DNA of 64,000 bases from Macrostomum lignano (Eukaryota). The notes under the pieces were generated by a model that did no database searches, was not told where the DNA came from, and saw nothing but the letters and a program-made list of their open reading frames with translations. The stretch is taken from the NCBI GenBank assembly GCA_002269645.1, contig NIVC01000046.1, positions 124,001-188,000 on the forward strand, given 5' to 3'. Both the position numbers and the translations under genes were made by a program. Below are positions 26,680 through 38,281 of this stretch, piece by piece; the stretch's first letter is position 1; each line of letters opens with the position of its first letter.

Positions 26680-28170
26680 GGAGTGAGAGTGAAGAGTCAG
26701 ATATGGGAGAGAGAGTGAAGAGTCAGATACGGGAGAGAGAGAGTGTGTGAAGAGTCAGATATAGGAGAGAGAGTGAAGAGTCAGATATGGGAGAGAGAGA
26801 GTGAAGAGTCAGATATGGGAGAGAGAGAGTGAAGAGTCAAATATGGGAGAGTGAAGAGTCAAATATGGGAGAGTGAAGAGTCAAATATGGGAGAGTGAAG
26901 AGTCAAATATGGGAGAGTGAAGAGTCAAATATGGGAGAGTGAAGAGTCAAATATGGGAGAGTGAAGAGTCAAATATGGGAGAGTGAAGAGTCAAATATGG
27001 GAGAGTGAAGAGTCAGATATGGGAGAGTGAAGAGTCAGATATGGGAGAGAGAGTGAAGAGTCAGATATGGGAGAGAGAGTGAAGAGTCAGATATGGGAGA
27101 GTGAAGAGTCAGATATGGGAGAGAGAGTGAAGAGTCAGATATGGGAGAGAGAGTGAAGAGTCAGATATGGGAGAGAGAAGAGTCAGATATGGGAGAGAGA
27201 GTGAAGAGTCAGATATGGGAGAGAGAGTGAAGAGTCAGATATGGGAGAGAGAGTGAAGAGTCAGATATGGGAGAGTGAAGAGTCAGATATGGGAGAGAGA
27301 GTGAAGAGTCAGATATGGGAGAGAGAGTGAAGAGTCAGATATGGGAGAGAGAGTGAAGAGTCAGATATGGGAGAGTGAAGAGTCAGATATGGGAGAGTGA
27401 AGAGTCAGATATGGGAGAGAGAGTGAAGAGTCAGATATGGGAGAGAGAGTGAAGAGTCAGATATGGGAGAGTGAAGAGTCAGATATGGGAGAGAGAGTGA
27501 AGAGTCAGATATGGGAGAGAGAAGAGTCAGATATGGGAGAGTGAAGAGTCAGATATGGGAGAGAGAAGAGTCAGATATGGGAGAGAGAGTGAAGAGTCAG
27601 ATATGGGAGAGAGAAGAGTCAGATATGGGAGAGAGAGTGAAGAGTCAGATATGGGAGAGTGAAGAGTCAGATATGGGAGAGAGAGTGAAGAGTCAGATAT
27701 GGGAGAGTGAAGAGTCAGATATGGGAGAGAGAGTGAAGAGTCAGATATGGGAGAGTGAAGAGTCAGATATGGGAGAGAGAGTGAAGAGTCAGATATGGGA
27801 GAGAGAAGAGTCAGATATGGGAGAGTGAAGAGTCAGATATGGGAGAGAGAAGAGTCAGATATGGGAGAGAGAGTGAAGAGTCAGATATGGGAGAGTGAAG
27901 AGTCAGATATGGGAGAGAGAGTGAAGAGTCAGATATGGGAGAGAGAAGAGTCAGATATGGGAGAGAGAGTGAAGAGTCAGATATGGGAGAGAGAAGAGTC
28001 AGATATGGGAAAGTGAAGAGTCAGATATGGGAGAGAGAAGAGTCAGATATGGGAGAGAGAAGAGTCAGATATGGGAGAGAGAAGAGTCAGATATGGGAGA
28101 GAGAGTGAAGATTCAGATACGGGAGAGATTTTCACTCCCCCTCTCTCTCCCATATCTGACTTTTCACTCT
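26680..28170. repeat. gaagagtcagatatgggaga satellite, with one inverted unit at ~28130-28170
   Basis: Direct inspection. Confidence 0.95.
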
Positions 28171-28288
28171 GAAGAGACTCTTCAGTCAGAAAAATGCGAG
28201 ATTTTCCTGTGTCATACTGCTGAGCCTGACAATGCACCACTTAGGCAAGCGCTTCTTTTCCTATCTGATAAACATGGCATTCGCTTAC

Positions 28289-28657
28289 ATTTCGGGCAGA
28301 TGATTCCATAGATTGAATTTCTATCGCGACCACCGCACACCTGCGATGCATTCCTGACGCATTGGAAATTGCATTGGGAGGCAGGAGCGACTCCGACAGA
28401 GCCGTAGGCCGAGCCGCAGAAGCAGTACTCGCCGAACTGAGCGCCGAAGCAGCGGAAACGGCCGTTACTTACAGATGTCGGTGCACAGTTGCAGCGAAAA
28501 CTCACCCGGCTTCTGCACAAACGCGGGCACAGCCGGTTTCGTGGCGTGCGGGCCGAACTTAAAAAAACCCAGCGGGCTCGGAGTTACAGAGGCCATGCAG
28601 GAGCTCCACAGACAAGAGTGCAACAGAAAATAAGCAACAAAGAGTTTCTAACGACAT
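28289..28657 (-). pseudogene. Secreted WSC-domain gene, probably a pseudogene (exons 28506-28657 and 28289-28467)
   Basis: Signal peptide MSLETLCCLFSVALLSVELLHGLCNS; in-frame TAA at 28559-28561; 38-nt GT-AG intron; WSC motif CARVC..FGAQFGEYCFCG..CNFQC..CGGRDRNSIY. Confidence 0.8.
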
Positions 28658-29046
28658 ATCTTTATCGCTAACTTTCACTGTGGAAGTTATACTGTGATTT
28701 CATTGATCCTTTAAATTGTTGTCTCTATGCCAGTTCCCAGTTGCTTTCCTGCCATTGGATACAGATCCTACGCACACTGGATGCTTGTCATAGGAAATAT
28801 TAGATTTGTTACTCCCCAATTGAAAACGATCAGGGTTAATCTTGAAGTTAACTTTTTAGGCCACTTGCAGGTAGGTTGATTTCGATTAACAAACTCGTAA
28901 AATTAACGCAAATTTACCCTCCGTAAAGCCAGCCGCCAACCGCCCCACAACCAGCGCTGTTGAGGAAATTCTGCCCGCTCCGCTGACTCCGTGCTGTCAC
29001 CGCACTCATAAACATGAACACTCATGCAGTGTGTACAGCGGCTCTG

Positions 29047-29420
29047 CCGAGCCTCACAGCTTCATCCAGACCCACTGCTGAGCCTCACAACTTCATCCAG
29101 ACCCACTGCTGAGCCTCACAACTTCATCCAGACCCACTGCTGAGCCTCACAACTTCATCCAGACCCACTGCTGAGCCTCACAGCTTCATCCAGACCCACT
29201 GCTGAGCCTCACAGCTTCATCCAGACCCACTGCTGAGCCTCACAACTTCATCCAGACCCACTGCGCTGAGCCTCACAGCTTCATCCAGACCCACTGCTGA
29301 GCCTCACAGCTTCATCCAGACCCACTGCTGAGCCTCACAGCTTCATCCAGACCCACTGCTGAGCCTCACAGCTTCATCCAGACCCACTCAGCTTCACAGC
29401 TTTATCCAAGACCCACTCAA
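29047..29420. repeat. 31-bp minisatellite (gagcctcacagcttcatccagacccactgct)
   Basis: Direct inspection. Confidence 0.95.
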
Positions 29421-29429
29421 CCTCACTAC

Positions 29430-29547
29430 ATGCTCGCCACTTCAGCGGGCACAGAATTTCAGCACGTCCGGCTCAAAGACGCGCGAAGACGCAACCCAGA
29501 CAGTCGGAGCTGCGGTGGCAGGCGGCAGCGTACTGGAATTCAACGGC
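29430..29547 (-). pseudogene. PAN/apple-like degenerate exon fragment (VEFQYAAACHRSSDCLGCVF then stop)
   Basis: C-x3-C-x5-C-like spacing with the first Cys as Tyr; in-frame TGA. Confidence 0.35.
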
Positions 29548-30079
29548 TACAATGCATAATCTACCAATACAAAATGCATTTCAAGTCGAAAATCCAGTTT
29601 GACCTTTGCAAAAGGCATGTTTTTGGAATACTCGCATTTAATCCCAACATAGCATCAAGCAATTTCTTTCTATGACTAGATGTATAGTCACAATGTATAC
29701 CAATTGAAAAATTTCTGATCTGATTGATGAAAATCGACCTGTTCAGCTGTAAATTTTCTGAAATCATGAGTCACATTGATAGAAATACAAAACTCACAAT
29801 AAAGATCCCCAAAACGAGGAGAATTCAGGGAGCACATGCATTTCGGGATGAGAGAACTTTCATCCAAGACGGTTTAAGTTTAAACTTCATTGCAAGCTCG
29901 AGACCTCATACTGATAGCATACTGTGTACACCTATTCATATATACTTCCTTTAAATAAGCTCGAAACCTAAAGTCCATGCTCGAAAATTTTCATCGTGTT
30001 CTGATTCTGTACTTCGATTCGAAATGCGAAATTTTGAACCGAGTGTGAAATTCACACCTCGCCAGGTAGACTTTGGCTA

Positions 30080-31335
30080 AGAGTCAGATATGGAAGTGAG
30101 AAGAGTCAGATATGGAAGTGAGAAGAGTCAGATATGGAAGTGAGAAGAGTCAGATATGGAAGTGAGAAGAGTCAGATATGGAAGTGAGAAGAGTCAGATA
30201 TGGAAGTGAGAAGAGTCAGATATGGGAGAGAGAAGAGTCAGATATGGGAGAGAGAAGAGTCAGATATGGAAGTGAGAAGAGTCAGATATGGGAGAGAGAA
30301 GAGTCAGATATGGGAGAGAGAAGAGTCAATCTGGAAAACAGAGGAGTCAGATCTTGGAGAGAAGAGTCAGATCTTGGACAGAAGAGTCAGATCTTGGAGA
30401 GAAGAGTCAGATCTTGGACAGAAAAGAGTCATATCTTGGACAGAAGAGTCAGATCTTGGACAGAAAAGAGTCAGATCTTGGACAGAAAAGAGTCAGATCT
30501 TGGAGAGAAGAGTCAGATCTTGGAGAGAAGAGTCAGATCTTGGACAGAAAAGAGTCAGATCTTGGAGAGAAGAGTCAGATCTTGGAGAGAAGAGTCAGAT
30601 ATGGGAGAGAGAAGAGTCAGATATGGGAGAGAGAAGAGTCAATCTGGAAAACAGAGGAGTCAGATCTTGGAGAGAAGAGTCAGATCTTGGAGAGAAGAGT
30701 CAGATCTTGGACAGAAGAGTCAGATCTTGGAGAGAAGAGTCAGATCTTGGAGAGAAGAGTCAGATCTTGGACAGAAGAGTCAGATCTTGGAGAGAAGAGT
30801 CAGATCTGGGAGAGAAGAGTCAGATCTTGGACAGAAAAGAGTCATATCTTGGACAGAAGAGTCAGATCTTGGACAGAAAAGAGTCAGATCTTGGACAGAA
30901 AAGAGTCAGATCTTGGAGAGAAGAGTCAGATCTTGGAGAGAAAAGAGTCAGATCTTGGAGAGAAGAGTCAGATCTTGGAGAGAAGAGTCAGATATGGGAG
31001 AGAGAAGAGTCAGATATGGGAGAGAGAAGAGTCAATCTGGAAAACAGAGGAGTCAGATCTTGGAGAGAAGAGTCAGATCTTGGACAGAAGAGTCAGATCT
31101 TGGAGAGAAGAGTCAGATCTTGGAGAGAAGAGTCAGATCTTGGACAGAAGAGTCAGATCTTGGAGAGAAGAGTCAGATCTGGGAGAGAAGAGTCAGATCT
31201 TGGACAGAAAAGAGTCATATCTTGGACAGAAGAGTCAGATCTTGGACAGAAAAGAGTCAGATCTTGGACAGAAAAGAGTCAGATCTTGGAGAGAAGAGTC
31301 AGATCTGGGACAGAAAAGAATCAGATCTTGGAGAG
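30080..31335. repeat. gaagagtcagat(atgg/cttg)gaga satellite, related to the 26680 array
   Basis: Shared core; source of the spurious 30178-31388 ORFs. Confidence 0.95.
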
Positions 31336-33830
31336 AAGTGTTATTGATATTGTCAAAGTTGAAGCAGCAATTTGACGAATCCAAATAAATCAAAAGACAA
31401 AGCAAATAACGAATATTTTCTATTCAAACATAAGAAAGACAATAACACAGAGATAGTGGAGTCCCTACAGTGGGTGTGCGATGCATATATTTATAAAAAT
31501 GTAGTTTATAATGTTGCAGCGTGCCATTATAACCTGTTGGCTACTGGTTTCCAGTTCTAAATGATGTATCGCACTATTTTCTCATTACTAATAAATAAAA
31601 TATAATAACACACAACAGTGCACACTTTGTCGGCATTGTTTTGTTTAAACACGATGAAAAAAAGATGTTAAACTTGTGCACAGCAATCAGTATCCGAGCG
31701 ACCACTACAGGTTAGAATAAATGACAAATATGCAGAATGGCTCGTGTATTCCTACATTAGTACAGCATGTACAGTACAGGCACCGGAGTGAGTCCAACTT
31801 GAAACAGCAAATTGTTGGTTACCAATTTTGACAGATACATAGAGAGGAAAGAAATTGAAACCAAAGTTATTAGCAAAACTGGTTAAGCTCATGCTGTATA
31901 ATATTTTTTTTTTCTATTCTAAATCTATATTTATAGTTATAATCAACTGATATTAGTTGTGTACCCCCACGACAGTAAGGAGTTGGACAACTAACACGTA
32001 CAAAGGTGATTAAAAGCACCAAAGCAAACAATGAGTCCTAAGCCAAACAATTCCCCGATTCGAAATGACAAAATTAATGTTTATAAATGCGAACGATTCG
32101 CCTCGCTAATTATACTACTATTTCGAGTTGCCACTATAGTAGCATAGACAGAGTTTTGGTGCGAAGCTGCAAGAAAACAAAAGAAATTATTAATAAAAAA
32201 CGCAAACAGAAAAATTAGAGAAATTTAGCGCAACAACTACTTACTAATAAATAGTATGTGTAGTGCGCAATTATTCACAAATTTAACCGGACTCTTGACC
32301 GGCAATGATACTTCATTATACAAATATAATTATTAAACTTTATCAATAATTTGGTTTGGCATATGGATATCGGTATTAGTAGTTATACATGTAGATAAAT
32401 AACAGCAGATAAAGTTGGTAACGATTGGAATGGACTCAAAAAGCCGCGAATTGAAAAGCGCACAAAGTCAACACCATTGCCTACTTGAAGCTTCTTCATT
32501 CGTGTTATTCAAACATTTGTATGCAGTATAATATGTGTATGATTATGACAACCGGAACTGGGCAAAGTGAGTCAACTTAATGCATTAATCAGTTGGATTA
32601 TGAATATAGGATTAATGACCATTAATTATTAGACAACACAATGGGCAAAGACACTAGACAAATGTATTTTTGAGCGGCAGGTGAGGTTTAGCTGAAGTAC
32701 ATTTTCAGTTAAAGAGACAATAACGACGCCCTTCCGAGAGTGAAGTTTCCACAAAGTTGACGAAGAAATGCAATTTCTGGCTGCCTAAAATCAGATCAGA
32801 GCTTACTGGCTAAACAGGTGGTTCAGTTATGCTAAGAGTGCTTGAAAATCATTGACAAACACATCAACACAAACATTACACAATGCCGTTTGCAAACAAA
32901 CAAATGTAACCAAATAAATAAAGTTTAAGGATTAAGGAGGCTAGTGTATAAGAGAAGACAGTAAGAATGCGAGACAAAAGCTAATATGTCAAAGGTAATT
33001 ATTTAAATTTTGATTATAGGGGTTATACTAAATATAACTACTATTCCAAGTCGGTGTTGAACAGCAATGATCTTACAGGCTTCAGTAACCATAATAATAA
33101 TATTATTATTAATTATGTAGAAATACAACAGTAGAAAGTAAAAAGTAAACATACACAAATAACTGGCAACAGTACAAATTTAAAGGTACTAAGTATAATT
33201 GTATATGAAATCCAGGTGCAATTGTGTGCATCTTATACAATAAGTTGAGTCATAGACTCATAACAGTGAAATTTTATTTATTTTTATAATTTTTTTCTCT
33301 CTAAACAATTCACTGACAGGGTTAAACTCAAATAAAAATTGAATTCAATGACAGATTTTTGAGGAGAGAAGCGGACAGACAGGAGCCCCAGACCACGGAG
33401 GCAAAAACTAAGACTTTTACTAATTTAATAGTCTTTCTTACTTACCATAGTTTCAACCATAAACTACATTAGCAGTTTACATTAGCTGTTCAACTCGCTT
33501 AATACAGTAGAACTAAATAGGTAAATATAAATAAATAAATAAATGCAAAGTTATAATTGTGTTCAATATTTTCGAATTTCGATAGATAGATAAAAATACA
33601 TCAGCCTATTGGACGTTATATTATAAATGAAGATTTCTGTTCTTACTCTGAAATTAACCGGGAGTTCATATAGATTATACTTGCCTTTAAAAAGGATGAG
33701 GATCCAAGAAGCAGCCAGAAATGGAGACTGAAACAGTGTTTGAAGACAAACAAGAGCAAGATAGAGACAGACTTTTTTACGACGCCCAGCGTCAATAATC
33801 GATTAGAATTTTTGTTAGTTGATCCTAGAA

Positions 33831-35330
33831 TTATCCAACAGTGCCATTGTTTGAGGTGGCGGCCAGCTCGTAGGCTGGCAGTCGCAGATCGAACAAAGGA
33901 TCTTCTTCCACCAGTTCGCCAGAGTGGGCGCACACGGTGGCTGGCGGAGCGTCTGGCAGCTCAAGGCCAGACTGACGGGCCTCCCAGCCGGACAGGTAGG
34001 CGTCCACACCTGGCGGCCCGGACAGCCTGTCAATCAGCAGGCGCCCGCCGCGGCCCAGCCGCAAACCGACATAGGCCGCTAAGGGTCGGCAATGACGCGA
34101 GCCGGCCGAGGAAGACAGATGACAGGAGGATGCAGATGCTGTTGACGACTCGGAGCCAACAACGCAGGGCAGTCGGGTCAGGCTGAACATTCGGCGTCCG
34201 TAGACGCCAGCGAAAGCCGATCTGGGCTGAGTCCCCGACGGTGGCAACGCTGCAGAGTCTTCAGCGTCGGTCAACGGCTTGGCTGGCGCGTACACCGCGC
34301 CAACCCGACGCCTGCACCAGACAAATCGACCGCCGTTGTCACCGCCAGGCAGTAGAGAATCATCGTCGACAAACAAGGGAGGAGCGGCGGAGGCGGCGGC
34401 TTCAGCGGCTGCAACTTCGGGCGGAGTTGGCAACGGTGGCGGCCGCCTCCTCGCCCGCTTGGCTGTGGAGCCGCGTTGATGCGCCGCTGACTGTTGATGC
34501 TGTTGCTGATGGTGATTCAATTGATGCTGCTGCTGCCAGGATGAGGAAGCGGCCGCTGCTGATGCTGCTGCTGCAGACTTTTTAGCGGCAGCAGCGGCCG
34601 CGGCAGCAACGGCGGCAGCCTGCAGCTGGCTGGCGTCAAAATCGCGAGCCGACCAGCGACGTTGGAAGACGCGCAGTTCGGTGTCTAACAGAGCGGATTT
34701 GGTCTCCTCGCGCCTGACCAGCAGTTCAATGAGGGAACAGGCCCGGTCCATGTCGCGGCGAAGGCGCAGCATCTTCTCATAGCTGGCCTCGTCATTTTTC
34801 CTGTGCTTTCTAGTCTGCATCTTCTCTGTACGGCGCCGGAACGCCACATACGGGTCATTGTTCGACGAGCCGTCTCTCCGATCGGCTTTGATAGCCAGAC
34901 TCAACCGTTGGCCGTGCTTAAGCCGCTTAGCTAGCCAATAATCGTACACGGCTGTAGTTAATCCGTCATCTTTTTTCAACAGAGCCTTGGCCTCATTCAA
35001 GCTGACAACAGTGTGATCGCTGTGCCGTTCCAACTGTTCCAGCATTCGTTCCAGATCGATTGGTGGCAAGCTGAGCTTCGAGGCTGATAGCCAGGCCTCG
35101 TCCTCGCTGTCCAGATCGTAATCTGGTGTTTCATTATCGCCGTGATCCAAGGAGAACGCCTGCACGCGGATGTACTGCTTAGGCATGCGGAATGTGCCCT
35201 CGCGGCACAGTGCGTGGTACAAACTCTTAAACTTGTTGGCATTCTCGTCAATCTCGGGTATGGGGATGGCGTGAAGATCTGTTGACTTGAACTGCTGCTG
35301 GGCGAACAGTGCCTCTTGAAGATGGTGTTC
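33831..35330 (-). CDS. E(Pc)/EPC1: Enhancer of polycomb, exon 2 (499 aa plus TAA)
   Basis: EPcA motifs (PDYDLDSEDEAWL, DPYVAFRRRTEKMQTRKHRKND, YEKMLRLRRD) and the C-terminal GRGGRLLIDR motif; aacag acceptor. Confidence 0.96.
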   Translation of the reverse strand, partial: EHHLQEALFAQQQFKSTDLHAIPIPEIDENANKFKSLYHALCREGTFRMPKQYIRVQAFSLDHGDNETPDYDLDSEDEAWLSASKLSLPPIDLERMLEQLERHSDHTVVSLNEAKALLKKDDGLTTAVYDYWLAKRLKHGQRLSLAIKADRRDGSSNNDPYVAFRRRTEKMQTRKHRKNDEASYEKMLRLRRDMDRACSLIELLVRREETKSALLDTELRVFQRRWSARDFDASQLQAAAVAAAAAAAAKKSAAAASAAAASSSWQQQHQLNHHQQQHQQSAAHQRGSTAKRARRRPPPLPTPPEVAAAEAAASAAPPLFVDDDSLLPGGDNGGRFVWCRRRVGAVYAPAKPLTDAEDSAALPPSGTQPRSAFAGVYGRRMFSLTRLPCVVGSESSTASASSCHLSSSAGSRHCRPLAAYVGLRLGRGGRLLIDRLSGPPGVDAYLSGWEARQSGLELPDAPPATVCAHSGELVEEDPLFDLRLPAYELAATSNNGTVG

Positions 35331-35865
35331 CTGTTCGGGTGAAAGTTGGGTAAGGTGAGTTGACGCTGAGACAGGCACAAGGGATGAAAGCTTTTCAAGT
35401 ACTTTTGATTTTGATTAACTGTTAAATATTGCAATCATTTCTGATTGGTGAATATGAAATTTCCAACATGTCTTATTTATGTTACAACTTAGATTCTTGA
35501 AAGTTATTTTATAGTAGCATCTAATCTTCAAGATCAAATAAATCCCAGTTTTGATCTGGAAATCTATCTATAAGGCAATCGATTTTTTATCAGAGGTGGG
35601 GAGCTGTGTGCACTCTGGTGCACTCTGCCCATTCTTCCAATCCCATTATACATATACAGTCAAACATAGGCACATACATGTAAGTTGCTATTGGACAATA
35701 GTAGTCACATGACTGCTTTCAGCCAATAGTGACTTACATGTATGTGTTGCCAATAGAAAAGGCCAAGTGAATCCCAAGGTTGCGCATGTATGCTCACATA
35801 GAAATATAGAGCCACCTTAACTAGGTAACTAGGCAGCAGCTACAATATCTTTTCGTCTTTTTGTG

Positions 35866-36025
35866 GTTGGCTTTTAAGTATCAATAGCATTAATTGTATA
35901 AGCAGACCTAAGCCAAGACTCAAATTTAGTTATAATTAAATTAATTAATGCTATTGCACTTGGATTTGGGTCTAGCCTGCTAGGATATAAGAGTACTACA
36001 GAATACTACTAGGCTATAGCCTCCT
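35866..36025 (-). mobile_element. SINE family A 5' fragment, AT-degraded
   Basis: tagcctagtagtat...ccaagtgc...cttggcttaggtctgcttatacaatta aligns to the family head. Confidence 0.7.
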
Positions 36026-38128
36026 ATTTATTATTGCATAAAAAACCTAGCCTAGGTTTTTGCTAGTACTTGCACTTGCATCAAAGGTCTAATTTTAAGA
36101 TATGATTTTTTAAGTCAATATGCTAGAGCATAAGCATAATTATCTTGATTAGTACTAAGATCTTTAGTTAATTTGTTGGTATTTTAAAGATTTTAAAGTC
36201 TATTCAATTCAGTCATTCAATAATTTTTATCTAGATACACATAGCAATATTGGCTAACAAATGAGGAACATGGCTTAGCTTAAGAAACCAGTCAACTACT
36301 TTGTTGCTCTTAATCACACTTGGTCTCTAACCTAACCGTAACTGCTATTACCTTGTCCCAATTTTCCTTGACCTACCTTTACTTTGCCTAAATTTGCTCT
36401 GACCCAGGCTAAATTTGCTTGTTATTTTCAGTAAAAAGCTATCTTTCTAACTATGGCTCTAATAAGGCATTAATATTAATTAAAAAACCAATTGGTTGGG
36501 AACCAGTTTCTTTTATTATATGGCCTAGGTTGCTACGAAAAGAATAAACAAACCAATTATTAGTATGGCACTATATAGATAATATCTTTATCATGGCAAT
36601 GGTAACAATTATAAAAAAGTTAACATTGTTAAAACAAAACAATGTAGCTTATTCAATGATTATGTCTATTTAGATGAAAATAAACTGTTCTTTGTAAATC
36701 AATATTATAGTTATACTTTATTTTTTAATCTATTAATATCACAAATAATGACAGGCTAGGCCCCTATTATTAGAGCCAACCAACTATTTAGTTAGACTTG
36801 CTTTAAAGCTAAATATTATTGGCTATATTTTACTTTGAATTATATCGCATTTTTAGAATATAACTAATAACATTATCATTAGCCTCCCTCCCCCTAGCCC
36901 TATAAGATAAAGTTGTAAAACTGCAGACAGCATTTGGCATTCTTTTGAAATTTTTTTAAATGCAATACATACAAGTACGCAGCACTTGCACGCGCACACT
37001 GCCCTTTTTCTACTGGCTGCTACTCCAACAAATAAATATACATGGAAAAGGGCCTAATACACTCATCATTTATAATGCTTAGAGTTGTTCTAAAATTTTG
37101 ATTTTCTAAAGTTTAGAATTATAAAGAAAAAATTTTGATTTTGAAAAATTTAGAAATCAAAATTTTGGAAGTGTTTAAAAAATTAGCTAAAAATAAACTA
37201 ATTTCTAACTACATATACATGTATTTAGTTTTGCATAAGCAAACCAAAAGCAAAATATGAGTGTTGGTCATATTAAACTATTTTTCTAAATTTTGTTTTT
37301 GGAAAATTTCAATTTCAGAAAGTTAGCAAATTTTAATTTTGATAGATTGCAATCAACAATTTTGCATAAATTGTTTTTACAAACTGTCTTTGATAATGCT
37401 AAAGCAAGATAAAATAATTTGACCTTACTTTATTCTAAAGCGCGCATCTATAGATTTTCAACATTTATTCTAATAGGGCCCCCTAGTACCTGCTAATATA
37501 TCACCCAGTGAATAAAAATGATTAAAGTTTATTAGGACTAAGTTAATTGTTAATTCTCTTGAGTTTAATTTAAAATAAGATAGATTAATATCATCATATT
37601 GCGATAATGATAACATACCTGATTTTTTTAGTCATGACCAAATCCTTTAAACTTTTTTAGAAATGTCTAAGGTGTATAAGACTGTTAGACAGAATTAAAT
37701 GTAGTAATGACCAAATTTAATTGGAGAAAAGTTCTGTAGTGAACTATAGGTCATTTGACATAACAATTGAGTGAATAGATTTTTTATCTAAAAGAAAAAA
37801 TTGCAGAAGGCACAATATTATAGGACACTGAAGGAATAATGTTTTTGACAAACTTCAAAGCCACCAAGAACTTATGCAGAAAACAGGCAAGCTATTGAAC
37901 ACCAAACATCAAAATCGTTTTTATTTTGCTTTAAATAAGTGCCACAAACACAATGTACACGTCTGACTTAGACGGATCTACTTTGTTTTAGACTAAGTAT
38001 ATTTCCAATTAAAATATTAGGACTTATTACGCGCTGGTGCATGCAAAACTAATAATAAGTCCTAATAAATATTAAAATGCCATCAAAAGTCATGGAATAA
38101 TAAGAATTGTACATAAGCAAAGTAGTAC

Positions 38129-38281
38129 CGTTTCTTCGTCCTTCTCCATGCCAGAAGGCAGAAGAGGCACAGATCGGCTGATTGATGCATAGTCGGAGAG
38201 ATCTGGGATTTCATGGTCAAAATGCAGTTGCAGAGGTCGATTGGAGTCTAAAGCTCTGGCTCGAAACGAGACTTTGCTCAT
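38129..38281 (-). CDS. E(Pc)/EPC1: Enhancer of polycomb, exon 1 (MSKVSFRARALD...GMEKDEET)
   Basis: Near-identical to the EPC1 N-terminus MSKLSFRARALD...GMEKEEES; phase 0 join to EHHLQ; total 550 aa. Confidence 0.96.

Noticed and set aside
26068-28260. Foldback transposon with 72-bp TIRs
   Set aside because: No TSD, and the repeat is explained better as a duplicated piece of the WSC intron.
28920-29040. Extra WSC-gene exon (SRCTHCMSV..., minus)
   Set aside because: Upstream of the signal-peptide ATG, phase-incompatible, no domain match.
30178-31388. Three overlapping ~370-390 aa ORFs
   Set aside because: All three frames are open through a satellite; no domain. The same applies to the ORFs at 2468, 8513-9326, 9910-10737, 14184-15550, 18059-18609, 24480, 27511-28311, 41557-42199, 46092-47513, 55368-55898 and 59757-60167.
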